Positions 51,301-64,000 of a stretch of DNA of 64,000 bases are shown here, piece after piece. The position numbers and the translations under genes are program-made. Each line of letters opens with the position of its first letter. Within the stretch, counting starts at the first letter, position 1. Under the pieces are notes generated by a model that made no database searches, was not told the origin of the DNA, and saw only the letters and a list, made by a program, of their open reading frames with translations. The stretch comes from Cystobasidiomycetes sp. EMM_F5 (taxonomy: Eukaryota), in the NCBI GenBank assembly GCA_051047955.1, contig JBPGPT010000007.1:558001-622000 (forward strand), read 5' to 3'.

Positions 51301-51670
51301 CGAGGTCCATATCAGACTGCCGAGGTGCGATTGACGCCAAAGCGCGGCCGAGCCCGCTTTGTAGGACGCTGTAGGTTGCCTTTGCGCAGTCACCCTGCTC
51401 CTCTCGAGCCAGATCGTGATCAAGCCATTCGTCTCAGCATGGCCAGCTGCAATCTTCATGGCGGCAGCAGGCGGGCTGGGCAGGCAAGGCGTTGCAGCAG
51501 CCGGGCTTCCACGACGAACAGATTGCCATGGTCGACATCTACGGGATAGCCTGCTTACAATTCTGGCAGGCAGTTCTGCTACGGCTCTTGGGCTCTCCGG
51601 AGCCGCTGCCATTTGGAGCTGCCGAAGTCGATGTCGAATCCTCGCCTTTGGCTTGCGCAGAGTGGTCCAT
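48373..51670 (-). CDS. Zn(II)2Cys6 fungal transcription factor
   Basis: Spliced cluster RTACQNCRSTKQRCDGPSRIPCRRCELYNLECIF over four exons; middle homology region RRLRLWLWMCFVD. Confidence 0.88.
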
Positions 51671-52024
51671 GATCCGGTCGAGCACTGCGCAGATATCGCC
51701 TCCACAGAGTTGCAGTTCACATGTGAAGTCGCCGGTCAGGATGATCGATATTTAGACAATGCAAGATATTTGTGATGGGCAACGAGTCAACGACTACTTT
51801 GATTGCTTCGTCACGGTGATGGCTCCACACGACCTCGGGCTCAATCTCCTGGCGTGTGGGCTGTTCCGCCTACAACAACCATGAAGCTACACTCACGCCG
51901 ATGCACCGCTATCCATAGACAGTATGGTTGCGTGTTTGCGTCTTGGATGCCATTTGAATGAATTGTGGACGTCCTTTTGAGCGGTATGTAGCTGTCTCTG
52001 TGAAAAGTCCTTCTCGATAGACGT

Positions 52025-52844
52025 CTAGCCGTAAGCGTCATACTCCATCCCTTCCGCGCTGAACCCTCGTTGCTCAAAGAGAGCACGATCTTTCCGCTGC
52101 GTGTAGGCCTTTTTCGCGTCCTCCTCAGCTTTTGCGGCTTCTATGACTACTTCAGGAGAGACTTCCGCCATATTTGGTATCGGGCGGTCTTCCAGGTCCA
52201 AGTCCTGCAGCGTGGAGCATGGCAATAGCATTCAGCGAGCGTACGACCGTGTATAGCTTTTGAGTATACTACTCACAATTTCGCCCAGCAAGACGACGTT
52301 CTCGCCCCGGATAAGCATCAGACCTCTTGGCTCTTCTGAATACATTTGACCCGATTGTAATTTCTCCACGGTGTCCATGAGAACCAGATTCGCTAGTTTG
52401 TAGACGGCAGGGTCAGGACTCTTGATACAAATCACTATAATGCCGCCCTCGGCAGCCTACCATATTGGTCATACGACCTTAGGACGCCAATGAGTTTTCG
52501 ACCATCGCGGAGCACAACTATGACTTTCTCTGTTGGGTCGAGTGTTGTGAACGAGTGGTGACGGATGTTGAGCAGCAGCCAGAGTGGAGCATGATACATT
52601 GTCCGGATACATTGTCCGACATGGAGAATGATATAATTTCCGCCAGGCCAGGCGAGAAAGACACGCATCGCAGTCGGAAGGTAGTGACGGGTTTGCCGTA
52701 GGGGTGATAGCGGTGGAAGCAACGGAGACAGCGTTGAATGAACGTTGTCTAACTAGTAAATTGGGCTGGGAATTGGCACTGACTGTCAACGATATCGACC
52801 AGGGCTCCGGATGTCGTGAAAGCGGCATTGGAAGCCACGTCCAT
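52025..52844 (-). CDS. LSM1: Sm-like protein Lsm1
   Basis: FTTSGALVDIVD, VIVVLRDGRKLIGVLRSYDQY/ANLVL and RGLMLIRGENVVLLGEI/DLD. Confidence 0.95.
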
Positions 52845-53086
52845 GGTCGTTGAGGCCGCTGCACTTTCACAACGAAATCATCAGCTCGACATAACCTTTC
52901 GACACAATGCCCTAATTTCTCGAGCTCGATGACGGCGGCTCACCAGCTGCGCTTCGACGTTTCCCCGTGCAGCAGCAGCAGAACTCAGATATTGGACAGA
53001 ATTGGGCGAAAGGGTGCAGACGGAAAGGTTGGCGATTCGAAGCATGTCGGCCATAATGACCGTGATCGCGCTATAATAAAAAGCAG

Positions 53087-54672
53087 CATGAACGCAACAG
53101 AGCTTTTGACTCCGTACAACACTGCGAGCATGACTTCTCAAGATACGAGATTGCCTGGCTTTGTCAGCTCCGCCGACAGAAATGTAGGGCGACGGATGGA
53201 CTGTATCTACGCCGGCTGACAGCTCTGGATGTCCGCAATGCTCTTGGACAATCTTGCAGCAGGTGATGATTGACACCGTCAAGCAAGGGCTGGACGACCT
53301 CACCGGAGAAGATAGAGCGGCAATCGCAAACGTTCGTTCCGGCTGTCTTCAAGCACATGACGTTGCGGAACGACTGAGTTTAGCTATACAACAGGCCGCA
53401 AATTCATTCACAAAGTTGGTAGTGCTAGGTGCGTCAGATTGTGATCTGATTATGCGTGGAATTAGACTGACGTCCGAAGGCGGACAGGGTGAGTCTGAAT
53501 GGACCACCATTTCGATGCTGGCTTAACGCGTATTTCGGCAAGCGCAGAGGCGTATCTGGCAGTGAGTGGTCATGAAGCCAGTTTCCTGGTGACCTGCTGA
53601 CGACATGACAAGTCGCGTGTGGTGTATTCATCGCATGTCGCGGGCGATACCACCCGTCGCAGTGGCGCAAGTGGCCAAAGATGTATCCGAACGGCTATGG
53701 GAGCCCTGCAGATCCGGAAGCGATAGCTGAGCGAACAAAGTTTGCTGTTCGCCTGGTATCAATCACGGGAGCGAGTTGGCTCGCGGGACAATTGATGGGT
53801 ATGGTTCTCGGAACGTGGCGCAGTAAACAGATTCTCCAGACGCATGGCAACATTGCAAACATTGAAAAGGTGCTGCAAAGAGCGCAAAAGGACGTCATGG
53901 AGCAAGTCCGAGCGAATCGAGAAGCTGCTAGTGGAGGGCCCCCTTCAGACGGCCGCATTGACAACATGCCAGCTCATGCGAGGCGGCGCACACAAGGTCT
54001 CCCTGCTGATATTTCAGCATCTGCGCGGCTTCCAGGAAACCAAGACATAGACTTTTATGGGAGAAGCAGGCGTGATGAAGGGGACAACAGCCGGCTAGCT
54101 CGCACCTTTGAGCAAGATAGGCCGTTCACTACAGACGGCAATCTCGCTGGAGCGGGTAGCAGTCGTACTTTTACGACCCGTGTTCAGAACAGCAGATCTA
54201 GTGCACCAGAGTCGCCTTTTGCGTCGGATACTGATTCGCAAAACGTCAGCATGGGATCGAATACGTCCATGATGGAATCGTCTAATCCGGCTACACAATT
54301 AGCTGAAGGGACTGGTAAGCGTCTGCACAATTGGACAAGATGATGGTGTGTCTGACTGTTTGTGCAGAAGGGCCCCGCAAACTGACGAAATGGGAAGAGC
54401 TGCGAGGTCAGCGGAATCAACAAGATAGTGCATGGGAGCGTATACGGCAGGACACGGCACGCTCGCAAATGCCTTCCAGTCAGAGTGCCCCGGACTATGC
54501 CCGCGATAACATGCCACAAGATTCGTTTGCTGACGGATCTCGGCCAGCAAATGAAAGCTTTGCAGACGACCGGCGTGAAGCGGAAGCTGCCCGACGAAAG
54601 CAGGACGAACGAGAAAGGGCAAGAATTGAGTATGAGCGAATGTTCGAGAAGGAGAGAAAAGGCGTAGATTGA
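53087..54672 (+). CDS. Hypothetical membrane-associated protein
   Basis: Multi-exon; TM-like LVSITGASWLAGQLMGMVLG; C-terminal WEELR..SAWERIRQ and charged tail. Confidence 0.6.
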
Positions 54673-54715
54673 GCTATGCATGACGGTACAAACTAGCACC
54701 AAATATACGCGAGAA

Positions 54716-55708
54716 CTATTGCATGCCACCATTGAATGGATTGTTTTCGATACCCGAAATCTTTGCCTGGCTAAAGTCCATCTCTGGATGAGCGGCTTGG
54801 AACTTCTTGATTGCCTGGCGAAGAGGTTGAGACTAGATAGTGTTTGCGCAAGCACAGTCATGACCTACCTCCAGCTTTTTTTGCTCGTCTGAAGTCGGCT
54901 TGCCCATTTGCTGTTATGCACACGGGTCAGCACAGTCCGATTGCCCGACAAGCAGTAACATACCTTTTGTTGGTTATCGAACTACAGCGTCACTAGTCAG
55001 CATGTGTGCAGTAATTGTCTGTATCGCAGAATCTTACCATCATCTTTTCCACCATTGCGCGAGTCTCGCCATCCAGATCGCTGAGCTTGCTGTTTTCCGG
55101 GTTGATCTTTGTGGTGTCTATCTTTGGTGCTCCCTTGACAACGTTTTCCCACCACGTCTGCTGATTTGACTTTTCAAGGGAAATGACTAGTTCTTTTTGG
55201 TCATCTACGAAGACATCATTGGTCAAATAGACTCTACACATCACATACATGTCGAGGAGTCTCACCCAGAGTCCAAGTCGAGTCATCTGTGCGAATCTCT
55301 TTGCACAATTCGTCATCAATAATGGGTTGTTTGCCTTTCAGCCCAACCTTGAGCTTCGTTTTCTTAATGTCGACGATCAGATCCTTGCCGCGCGTGCCAG
55401 GCGGTACTGGCACGGTGACCGTGACGTCCTGAAGCGTCTGTTTCCATACGTAGGGTAAGGCTGTTGACGCAAAAGAACGAGATAGAGATAGCGCGTAAAT
55501 TGCGTCAGGTCCTGCAGGTAGATAGTCCTCAAAGCGATTAGGTATGCTTGCCGGCTTGTTCTGACGCTTGCTGCTCCGCTAGCTCCTTATCGTGCGCAGC
55601 CTGTTCATCCGGTGACAGCTTGTCGTACGCTTCCTGCGATAACTTTTCGACCACTGTTGATGTCTGGCGTCAAGGTCTTGCAGTGAGACGTGTTCGAGTA
55701 AACTAACT
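54716..55708 (-). CDS. nudC: Nuclear movement protein NudC
   Basis: [46 protein letters not shown] and [15 protein letters not shown]; start codon split by an intron. Confidence 0.95.
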
Positions 55709-55871
55709 GGCTCAAACTCAACCAGATGCGGCAGTACGGCGGCACAGATTGGATGACCGGGCTAGGTTGGCAAACCTACAAACAGGCAGCGCGAATTCTT
55801 TCGAACGTTTCGCGACTGACCGTGATCAGATCTAGAGTCACAAAAAACAGACGCGCCGCCCATGAAGAACA

Positions 55872-56934
55872 CTACAACCTAGCTTTCACATCGCCTGCAT
55901 TCAGAAACCCATCTAACGTTCTGACCCAATGATCCAAGCTGAAGTAATCGTACCAATTGTGGCCGAAATCATCTCGCGGGCACCGCGCCGTCTTTGCGTG
56001 CTTTACGCATGATAGAAGCTCTTGGCCGTGTTCCGGATACACAGCAACGTCCTTCATGCCGTGTATGACGAGAATGGGCAGACTGGCTGGAACAAGAGCC
56101 AGCTGCTTTCGGACGTCGTATCGACCAATAGCTCTCTGTTGCAGAGCCACCGTCTTGGCGGGCCTACGCGATGACAAACTCTCGTTCACTCTCCGTTCGT
56201 ATAGCTGTGGGTTGGCAGCCTGCCAGTCGGGATCATAGCAATACTGTTGACGACAGATGTCAGACTGAATCACTCCCAGCATCCAACAACTCGCCTGCAT
56301 GAACACTTCAGTAGTCTCACGATCTCGCTGAGCTTTGCTTTTGCTGCTATTGTCCGCGCTTAATTTCTTCATTTGCGCTGCGACCGCCTTCCCGAGATCG
56401 GATCTTGGATTCGAAGGGCTTGTCGCCCCTAGACAACAACGGCGAATGCGAATAGGCAGACTCGGCGTCGTGATGAGCGTTTGGCAGATCATTCCTGGGT
56501 AGAAAGCAATCAGTTACCGCACTAGATGGCAGTTTCAGCGAGGCTCACCTCCCATAGAATGGCCGAGTATATCAATTTCGGCGTATTGAAGATGCTTTAC
56601 AAGGGTCAGCGATCTACTTTGACAAGTCAGAGGAGTCCCGGGGACCGACTTGAGCCAGCTCTACCACGTCCATTGCTAGATCTAGTAAAGTGAACGGTTG
56701 GCTCTGGCTGACCGTACTTTCACCCATATCCCGATTATCGAAACTTATGACGGTCCGACTCTTCTGCAACGCGCAAGCAAGGTCGTGCCAATCCACCGTT
56801 CCTACCGCAGACATGCCTTGTACGAGGAATAATGGCACGCCTCCATCATCCGGTAGCCGGCTATACCGCCGATATGCCGTTTTCTGTCCAGCATTCCGCT
56901 GGGAGGAGTAGAATTGGACTGGAGGTGATGACAT
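55872..56934 (-). CDS. Alpha/beta hydrolase
   Basis: FDNRDMGES, nucleophile elbow ILGHSMG/G, ILVIHGMKD and FGH. Confidence 0.9.
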
Positions 56935-57219
56935 GACTGTCGCAGTGAAGCAGAGTCAGTGTGTGAATTGTGATTGGATTTGGAGGATGCCCGGAGTCGG
57001 CTATAGATGAACAGCAGGTTAGCATTTGTCGGATCGATGGCCAGCTGTCTGAAGATGACTCTGCATTGAAATCTGTAGTAGACAGACGTGTGCTGCACAG
57101 GCTGGCCAGCAATCTTTGCGAGCTGGGTCCACTTCAGGCCACACCGTATGCAAAAAGGCCGTTTCTTTACTCGACTGCTGCAAACCACATCGAGACGTCC
57201 ATCAATACGCTGTTCCATC

Positions 57220-59172
57220 ATGTCTCGACCAAGGAGCTCATCGCCGCTTGCTCAGCCCGATACTGCTAAAAGAGCCAGGATTGACGCCGAATCTTCGAAT
57301 TTGACGGAAGCGACTGCAAACGCTGGAGACGAAATTGTCCCACCTGCTGTGACCGCTGTGACGGAGAATGAGCAGCCACACGCTAGTACCAGTCACAGCT
57401 CATCACAGCTGTCGCGGAACGGGAAACATGCTGCTGCGAAATCTGCCAATGGCAAGTCTGGGAAAGGGAAGCAACGCAAGATTAAGCCTCCTGACAGCGG
57501 CGGCATGGAGGAAGTCATGTTCTACGAAGCGCAAAGTCTACTCGGTGTCGATACGGTCGCTACAGCTGTCGGTAATGGTCTAGATTACAGGCAGAGATTC
57601 GACAAACTCGAAGAAATCGAACTCGACATTGTTGCTATGTCCAGCCATGGTGAGACGTTCCGCGAAGTATCAGCTGTGGAAGTAGTTCTGACACCTCATG
57701 ACTTCCAGGCGAAGGCATAGGTATCACGTTAGAGGAGGATTGGATCGTTGCAGTTCCGTTTTGCGTGCCAGGCGAACGAGTCTCGGCACGAGTCTACCGC
57801 AATGCAAGTGAAGTCTCCAGCATAGTCAAGGCCCAAAGCTGATGTCTATCATGTCACAGGATCGGATGCACTCATACGCAGACCTGGTAAAATTACTCAA
57901 ACCGGCCAGCGTGTCCAACACATGGCGGAATGACACCCTGGTTCGATGCAAATACTTTGGAACATGCTCCGGCTGCCAGTATCAAATGCTTTCTTACGAG
58001 ATGCAGCTTCAGCTCAAGCAAGAGGTGGTCGCCAAAGCCTATCGCAACTTCAGCAAGCTCGCGTCTACGCTCGTGCCTGCCATCTTGCCAACCCTGCCGT
58101 CACCACGGCAATATGCGTATCGCACAAAGCTAACTCCACATTTCGATACACCTACTTCCTCCGAACGAAAGGACCCAAGCTTGCTCAAGATTGGATTCCA
58201 GCAGAAAGGCCGTCGTGCTGTCATGGATATTGAGGAATGTCCCATCGGGACTCACGCTATCAACGTGAAAATGCGGGAAGCGAGAAACGATGTTCGCGAG
58301 AATCTTTCGAGGTATAAACGAGCTGCTACGTTGCTGCTTCGTGACAGCCTCCCAATAGACGTTCCGCTGGAGGACCAGGTAGAAGCCGGAGCGCCTGATC
58401 ATGCACAGGAATCGCAAGACTCGGACGGTCATGTCTGCATAACAGACCACCATGCTGTCGTCCGTGAGCGGGTGTCTGACAAGTTCTTCACCTTTACCGC
58501 GAACTCCTTCTTCCAGAACAATAACGGTATTCTGCAATCGCTAGTCGAAAGCATACGCGAGCTCCTGCCTAGCAACGCGGATGAACCTGACAGATTCCTG
58601 GTCGATGCGTACTGTGGAAGTGGCCTATTTGCTATAACCTTAGCGGAACGTTTTCAGAGCGTTGCCGGAATCGAAATATCAGGTAAGCCGTATCCTTGGG
58701 GGCATTCATTCTCGTTACTGATACATAAAACCGCGCTCGTACAGCTGATTCTATCAAGTACGCAAAGCTGAACGCCGAGCTGAACAACATCAAGAATGTG
58801 ACCTTCTTGGCCGGATCAGCTGAGGCGATTTTTGAAGGTCTGACATTCCCGTCAGACAAGACTACGGTACTCATCGACCCTCCTCGCAAGGGATGTGACG
58901 AAGCGTTTTTGAAACAGCTGCTTGCTTTCTCGCCGAAGCGGATTGTGAGTCTGCATACGCGATGCTCTCCCTGAGATATGCCTGAGTTCCGTACTAACGT
59001 CACGGTTTCGTTATAGATTTACGTGTCTTGTAATGTTCATACACAGGCTCGCGATGTGGGGTATATTGTTAGGGCTAGCGCGGAGACGTACAAGGTCGAC
59101 AGCATCCGGGGCTGCGATCTTTTTCCGCAGACATATCATGTGGAAGGCCTCGCTGTCTTGTCTAGGCGATAG
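57220..59172 (+). CDS. TRM2: tRNA (uracil-5-)-methyltransferase Trm2 (start may be 57148)
   Basis: CKYFGTCSGCQYQ, YRTKLTPHF, SFFQNN, LVDAYCGSGLF, IDPPRKG, YVSCN and DLFPQTYHVE. Confidence 0.93.
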
Positions 59173-59473
59173 TTGTCACTTTTCGTAAGGTAGCTTGCGT
59201 TACACGCCTTGATTCGAGAAAAATTTGCCCTCTTTACTTTACGCGGTGCCGTCATTGGATTTCAGCCCGTCCGCTTGAATTACTGACCGGCCAACCAAAA
59301 CAACGGCGGCGCAGCGATAACGCAGCTGACGCCCACAGCTATGCATGGACCGTAAATGGCCAGCATGTCGACGACGAGCAGGTCACACACTTTGCGCAGA
59401 AAGTCTTGGACGCCAGAAGAGTCTGCACTCGTTCGCAGCAAGTGAGGGCAACAAGGCATGCTGGATTGCTGCA

Positions 59474-60899
59474 ATGTCTGACATTTATCACAGTCTAAAT
59501 CCAATCCTGCGTGTCAACAAGTCTGCGTCGACCTCTCCAACGTCGACGGTGAGAGCTCCCGACTCGCCCAAAATGCGCAAGATTCCATTCAACGTTAAAG
59601 CGCCAAAGCCGTCAACTTCGACGTCGAATGATGTTGTAGACGTATCGTCAATGTCTGGAAACTACGCTGGGCCAAGCTCGCCTCGTCAATCCACCTTTGC
59701 AACAGATTCCTCCTCGATTTATTCCGATAGATCCCGCAAGTCTAGCACTGACAGCTTGAGGAAGTATCTCGACCGCGCGACCAGTCCTTCTCCATCCTCT
59801 ACAAGTGCCCCGAGCCTTCGACCCAGCAAGATACCGAAAAGGTAAGCTGTTCTGCTAACGTGAACTTGACCGTCAGGCTGACAATCTGTTGAGACGCGAG
59901 GCAAAGTTGAGCTCTACCTACGCCCAACCTGCTCTCCTCCGTCGTCGTGCGTCCAGTTCTTCCTCGTCATCGATTGGCTCCCAAGCAAGCATTGCCCAGC
60001 TCTCACCTGAACAGGCAAGGTTTATTCGAAGCAGTCCATCACACGCCTCCGCTGGGCAGCAGAATGACACTGTGTTCCCTTCATCCACCTCAAACTCCAC
60101 GGTCGCTACCACTCCTGCTCACTCGAGCAAACCTTCACTCTCGCCGTCCCAGTCGCTCGACCTCTTAAAGTCGTCACTGCGCGGGGCGCTGGCGACTGAC
60201 GAGTCAGCCAGGCACAGGCGTTTATCCACAGCGTCAAGTGTCGACACGTGCAGTCCTCGCTTTGGTCATGCAAAGCGGCGCAGTGTCTCCTTCGCGCTCG
60301 ATGTCGATCAGCTGCACGGCAGTGACACTTTATCCACTATTGATACGGAGTGTACTAGCGAGTCTGAAGAGCAAGCCAAGATTCACGCAAGCGTCAACAA
60401 TGGTCACACGCGCAGTGGCAGCATCGAGTTTCCTACGCAAAAGCGCATCGTGTATCCAGTCGCGCAATGGGAGCCGCTTACACCTGAAGACAGTGAAGAT
60501 CAGACCGAGGACTACGAGGAAAGCCGGATCGGTAATGCGCTCAATATCGCTCGTTCGCTCGTAACATACATGAACGAGACATCCTCTAGCCCCTCCTCAT
60601 CCCCTAGCCCGAATTCGTCCGCTCACCATTCACAGTCGAGCTCCCCAACGCTTGCAACGTCTGTGGCAGGGCCGCTGAAACAGGCAGATGCATCGCAACC
60701 GCTCGCACGATCGCGAGTGCATGCCGCGCAGGTTTCACATCATCATACTGTGGCTCGACATGCAGATGTGCGATATTCGGCCGTATTCACAGTGCTGGAG
60801 ACGATGCTAGGACTGGCGTTAGCAGTTATATGGCTATCCGTAGGCAAGGTTGTTGGGTACGGACCGGGCGCTCGTGCACCGAGCCACGAAAGCAGATGA
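59474..60899 (+). CDS. Hypothetical Ser-rich protein with C-terminal TM helix
   Basis: Two long ORF segments with a GTAAGC donor at 59842 (acceptor unresolved); TM VFTVLETMLGLALAVIWLSVG. Confidence 0.6.
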
Positions 60900-61269
60900 A
60901 GTCGGACGAAGATCCAGAGGGCAAACCAGAAAGCCAGCAGGATGGCCATACACGAGACCCAAGAAGGCAGTTGAAGATGAGAAAGAGGTTTGGTCACGGC
61001 GTTACATACTAAATGGAGTCTAAGTACTGTTGCTTGTATGACTAGTTCCGCATGCTGTGCGCATTTGACGAATACACGATTTCGCGTGCAGGAATACAAG
61101 TGACGATTTTTGTAGCAATGCAATGGCTCAATGTAAACAGGGCTACAACACCTTCTCGTTTCGTCTATGTATGCAAAGAAATACTGCCACAACTACGGCT
61201 ACACTTCCACAGCATATGTCAACATACCCTTACAATGCACTGCACAGAAATCTAGAATCTACCGTCTTG

Positions 61270-63352
61270 TCATGAAACTGTTCGTGTCATCATCTGCTGT
61301 ATCTTGTCGGTTACTTCCATGACCTCGGCGTGTAGAGATGCCTGAACACGCATGTCAGTTTCGGTACAATTGCCAGCCAGTGATTTCGCGCACCATATAC
61401 TTGTGATGTGCCTTGGATCCCAAGACTGGGGAGGGATCTTTACACCCGTTCTCCTTCTTGTTTATAAACATCTTTTGGAGAGCAAGTCAGCCAAGAAGCG
61501 GCCAGATGGTCTGGGAAGTAGCAGACTCACTCGATAATGTAATAGCTTTGGCCACGTCCCCTCCTTGTGTGAATCCCACTTCAATCCGCGGAACGGCATC
61601 GTCGTGTGGACCTTTTGTCTCGTTGCCATCTCTGCTCCGATGGGATACATGCGAACCTGCGTATGCTGGTTGACAGCCATGACCGTGTTTGATCGGTAAA
61701 AGGATTTAACGATGTTATCTGGAGCATTGACGCAGTTGAACTGTTCCTGGACCAGTCTGGAGGGATCGATAGGAACACGCCCGGGCGCTTCGTGCTTACC
61801 AGCAAGCTCTAGCTTGATGGACATGGGTACACGTGCCATTTCCCACATTCCCCGCTCTTCCGGCAGGGAATCAAGAAAAGCGAGCCACTGCTCCGCTGGG
61901 GAATGAGAGAGGTCGTCTGGATTGACAGTCGGGAACTCGTCGTTGTCCAACACCATTATGTACTCGCTTGTAGGCCGATTAGCAAGAAGACAGTCGGCAT
62001 ACCAAGCATCTTGGTCATGGTAGGGGTGATCAAGATCAGATGCGACCTCGCCTAGAGAGGGGGCCAAGCTACGCCGGAGAATTTTCAGTCAACCTTTCTC
62101 CTTTACGAAAAGAAATGTGAACATACGTAAAGGTGTCCTGGACTCCCGTCAAGCTTATGTACGCGTCCACAAATTGCTTCATTTCATTAGTTCTGCCATA
62201 CCATGCCACCCTTTGCGTGCCAATCTTGTGCATGTGCAGGCGCCATTCTACCCAACGCGTTATGGGCATCTGACCGGCCGTATAGAATGCGGGGGTAAGG
62301 CACGCCGTTGTCTTTACGCGAGGAAGCTTGTATGGCTGATCCAGTTGCACGTCCACACCGGGCGCGCCGTACCAGAGCGTAAGGGGCTGTGACTCGGAAG
62401 TACTTGTTTCGCCATGTCCGAAATCATGCAGGAATGCGAAATCCATCTGTATCTTTTCTAGACTGAAGACATCTCTTTGCTCCAGGGTTGGGGCTGGGAG
62501 AGCGGGAGAATGACGCAAATGTGTCCGTAGAAGCGGGACAGCATCGCATTCGATAATAAGGAGCACGTTTTGTCCGATATGCCGATCGCGTGGGGGAACG
62601 GTGAGCATTGTGACTCGCGCCTTGGTAGACGTGAATGCGTCGTCTCCTGCTGTTGTCCCTTTGCCTTTGGCACCCGGCTGGGGCACCTTGCACCACGCTG
62701 CAATCTCCCCAACTTCGGGTCGGATTCCATGTGTCTGTATCGTACGAAAGTCAGTCGTCCGCAGATGAATGATGATGTATCAGTGTTTGACTCACCACGC
62801 GCAACCAGGCCACTGATTGGATGATCCAGCTATCCCCGTATGCGGTATCAGTATCTCTCCACGTTGTATTCTGATGCTGTATCGAGCTCCGCACTACTAC
62901 AATCTCATACTTGGGGTCGACCAGTTGAAACGCCTTTCTCGCGAGGACAGGGGGTGAATATGGACGATGGTTTGAAGCGTCCGAGCGTTTCTCTTGCTGC
63001 TTTTGGCGCTGTCATTTCGCGATTAGACGATACGAGCGACAATTCAATACTCTTTACGTACACTCTTCAAGCGATGCGGATTTCTGACTGCTGCCGCTAG
63101 TTTGGATAGTGACTTTTTGTAGGCCGACACCTCTGCCGCGAGGGGACGCTCTGATGAATCGTCGTGGGACGTGGTCTGCGCGTAGAAGAGTATCCAGAGT
63201 ATCGCTGCAGCGAGCACCAGAGCGAGCAGCCGCCTCCCCGGGCGGATCAGACTGCGTTTCTGAAACTGCTGGTGCTGATGCCTCAACCGCGTATGCTGCG
63301 ACGAGGTGAGGAAGCTGCTGCGCGCCCTCGCGTGCATGGACGACGACAGCAT
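61270..63352 (-). CDS. Type II membrane protein, glycosyltransferase family 92 (DUF23)-like
   Basis: N-terminal TM LLALVLAAAILWILF; ACLTPAF..WVEWRLHM, DQDAWYADCLL and DxD motif MVLDNDEF. Confidence 0.65.
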
Positions 63353-63517
63353 TGCATGGGGTGCAGATTGTTAATGGGTTGGGTCAAAAAGGATTGATAT
63401 TAGTTTGAAATGGCCGCGTAAAAGTCAAGGTTAGCTTCTGATCAATTTACAACGACCAAGGTTATCGGCATTCCAGCAGTCATATCGTTAATAACAACAT
63501 ACACCACTGCAATAACA

Positions 63518-64000
63518 ATGGCAGACGAGTCGATGGACTTGGGCCAGGTGCGGTCCAAGCTCACCCAGGAAGCGTACGGCGACAAGGCCGACGCCGTGAA
63601 GGAGATCCGGAACGATATCGCAAAGTCCATCTTTGAGGCGCGAAAGCAGCAGCTCAAGAGCCTCGAGTCCGTCTATGAGAAGCGCAGGTCCATCACGGAC
63701 GGCATCCCAAAGGTCTGGTGAAATTTCAAACCTTTTCATACAGACTTGTAACAATCCTGACTGGCGTACGCTGTGCTGATTATCGACAGTTCTGGTCGAC
63801 GACGCTATCGAGGACGGGCGTGTCAGAAAATAGTGAGGGGCATTTGCAGTCGAGTTGCACAAAACAAACACTCAGACTCGCTTGCCGTAACGTGACCAGT
63901 CGAACAGCCAGACCAGGAAGCGCTAGACCATCTTACCGACATCTCCGTCAAGTACACCACCGACGACCCACGAGAGTTTGACGTCGTCTTCACATTCAGC
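63518..64000 (+). CDS. NAP/SET/Vps75-family histone chaperone (5' part; runs off window)
   Basis: VYEKRRSITDGIPK/FWSTTL...DQEALDHLTDISVKY..PREFDVVFTF. Confidence 0.85.

Overview
Gene-dense fungal chromosomal DNA, most likely a basidiomycete yeast (inferred from short ~50-65 nt GT-AG introns with CTRAY branch points and fungal gene content). From ~13.4 kb to the end it is mostly housekeeping genes: ArsB-like permease, Nup192, G6P 1-epimerase, FUN14, MpaB-like oxygenase, OLA1, Osh6/7, mitochondrial PheRS, Mge1, Crz1-like TF, MFS, Zn2Cys6 TF, LSM1, NudC, an alpha/beta hydrolase, TRM2, a GT92-like protein and a NAP protein. The exception is an accessory-looking island of ~12 kb (~0.6-13 kb) between a UCH37-like gene and the permease. 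Manual splicing gives four intact but highly divergent genes: (1) a 1449-aa protein with a degenerate OTU-like domain, an intact OTU domain, two serine-recombinase-like repeats and C2H2 fingers; (2) a 755-aa RRM-like protein; (3) a 511-aa DEAD-box protein with a broken P-loop; (4) a 131-aa coiled-coil protein with GW repeats resembling an Argonaute hook. All four have a sense-strand TCAGCTC motif just upstream of the ATG. A divergent XRN2/Rat1-like exonuclease lies at 30-34 kb. All gene models and family calls come from reading by eye; no database search was run.
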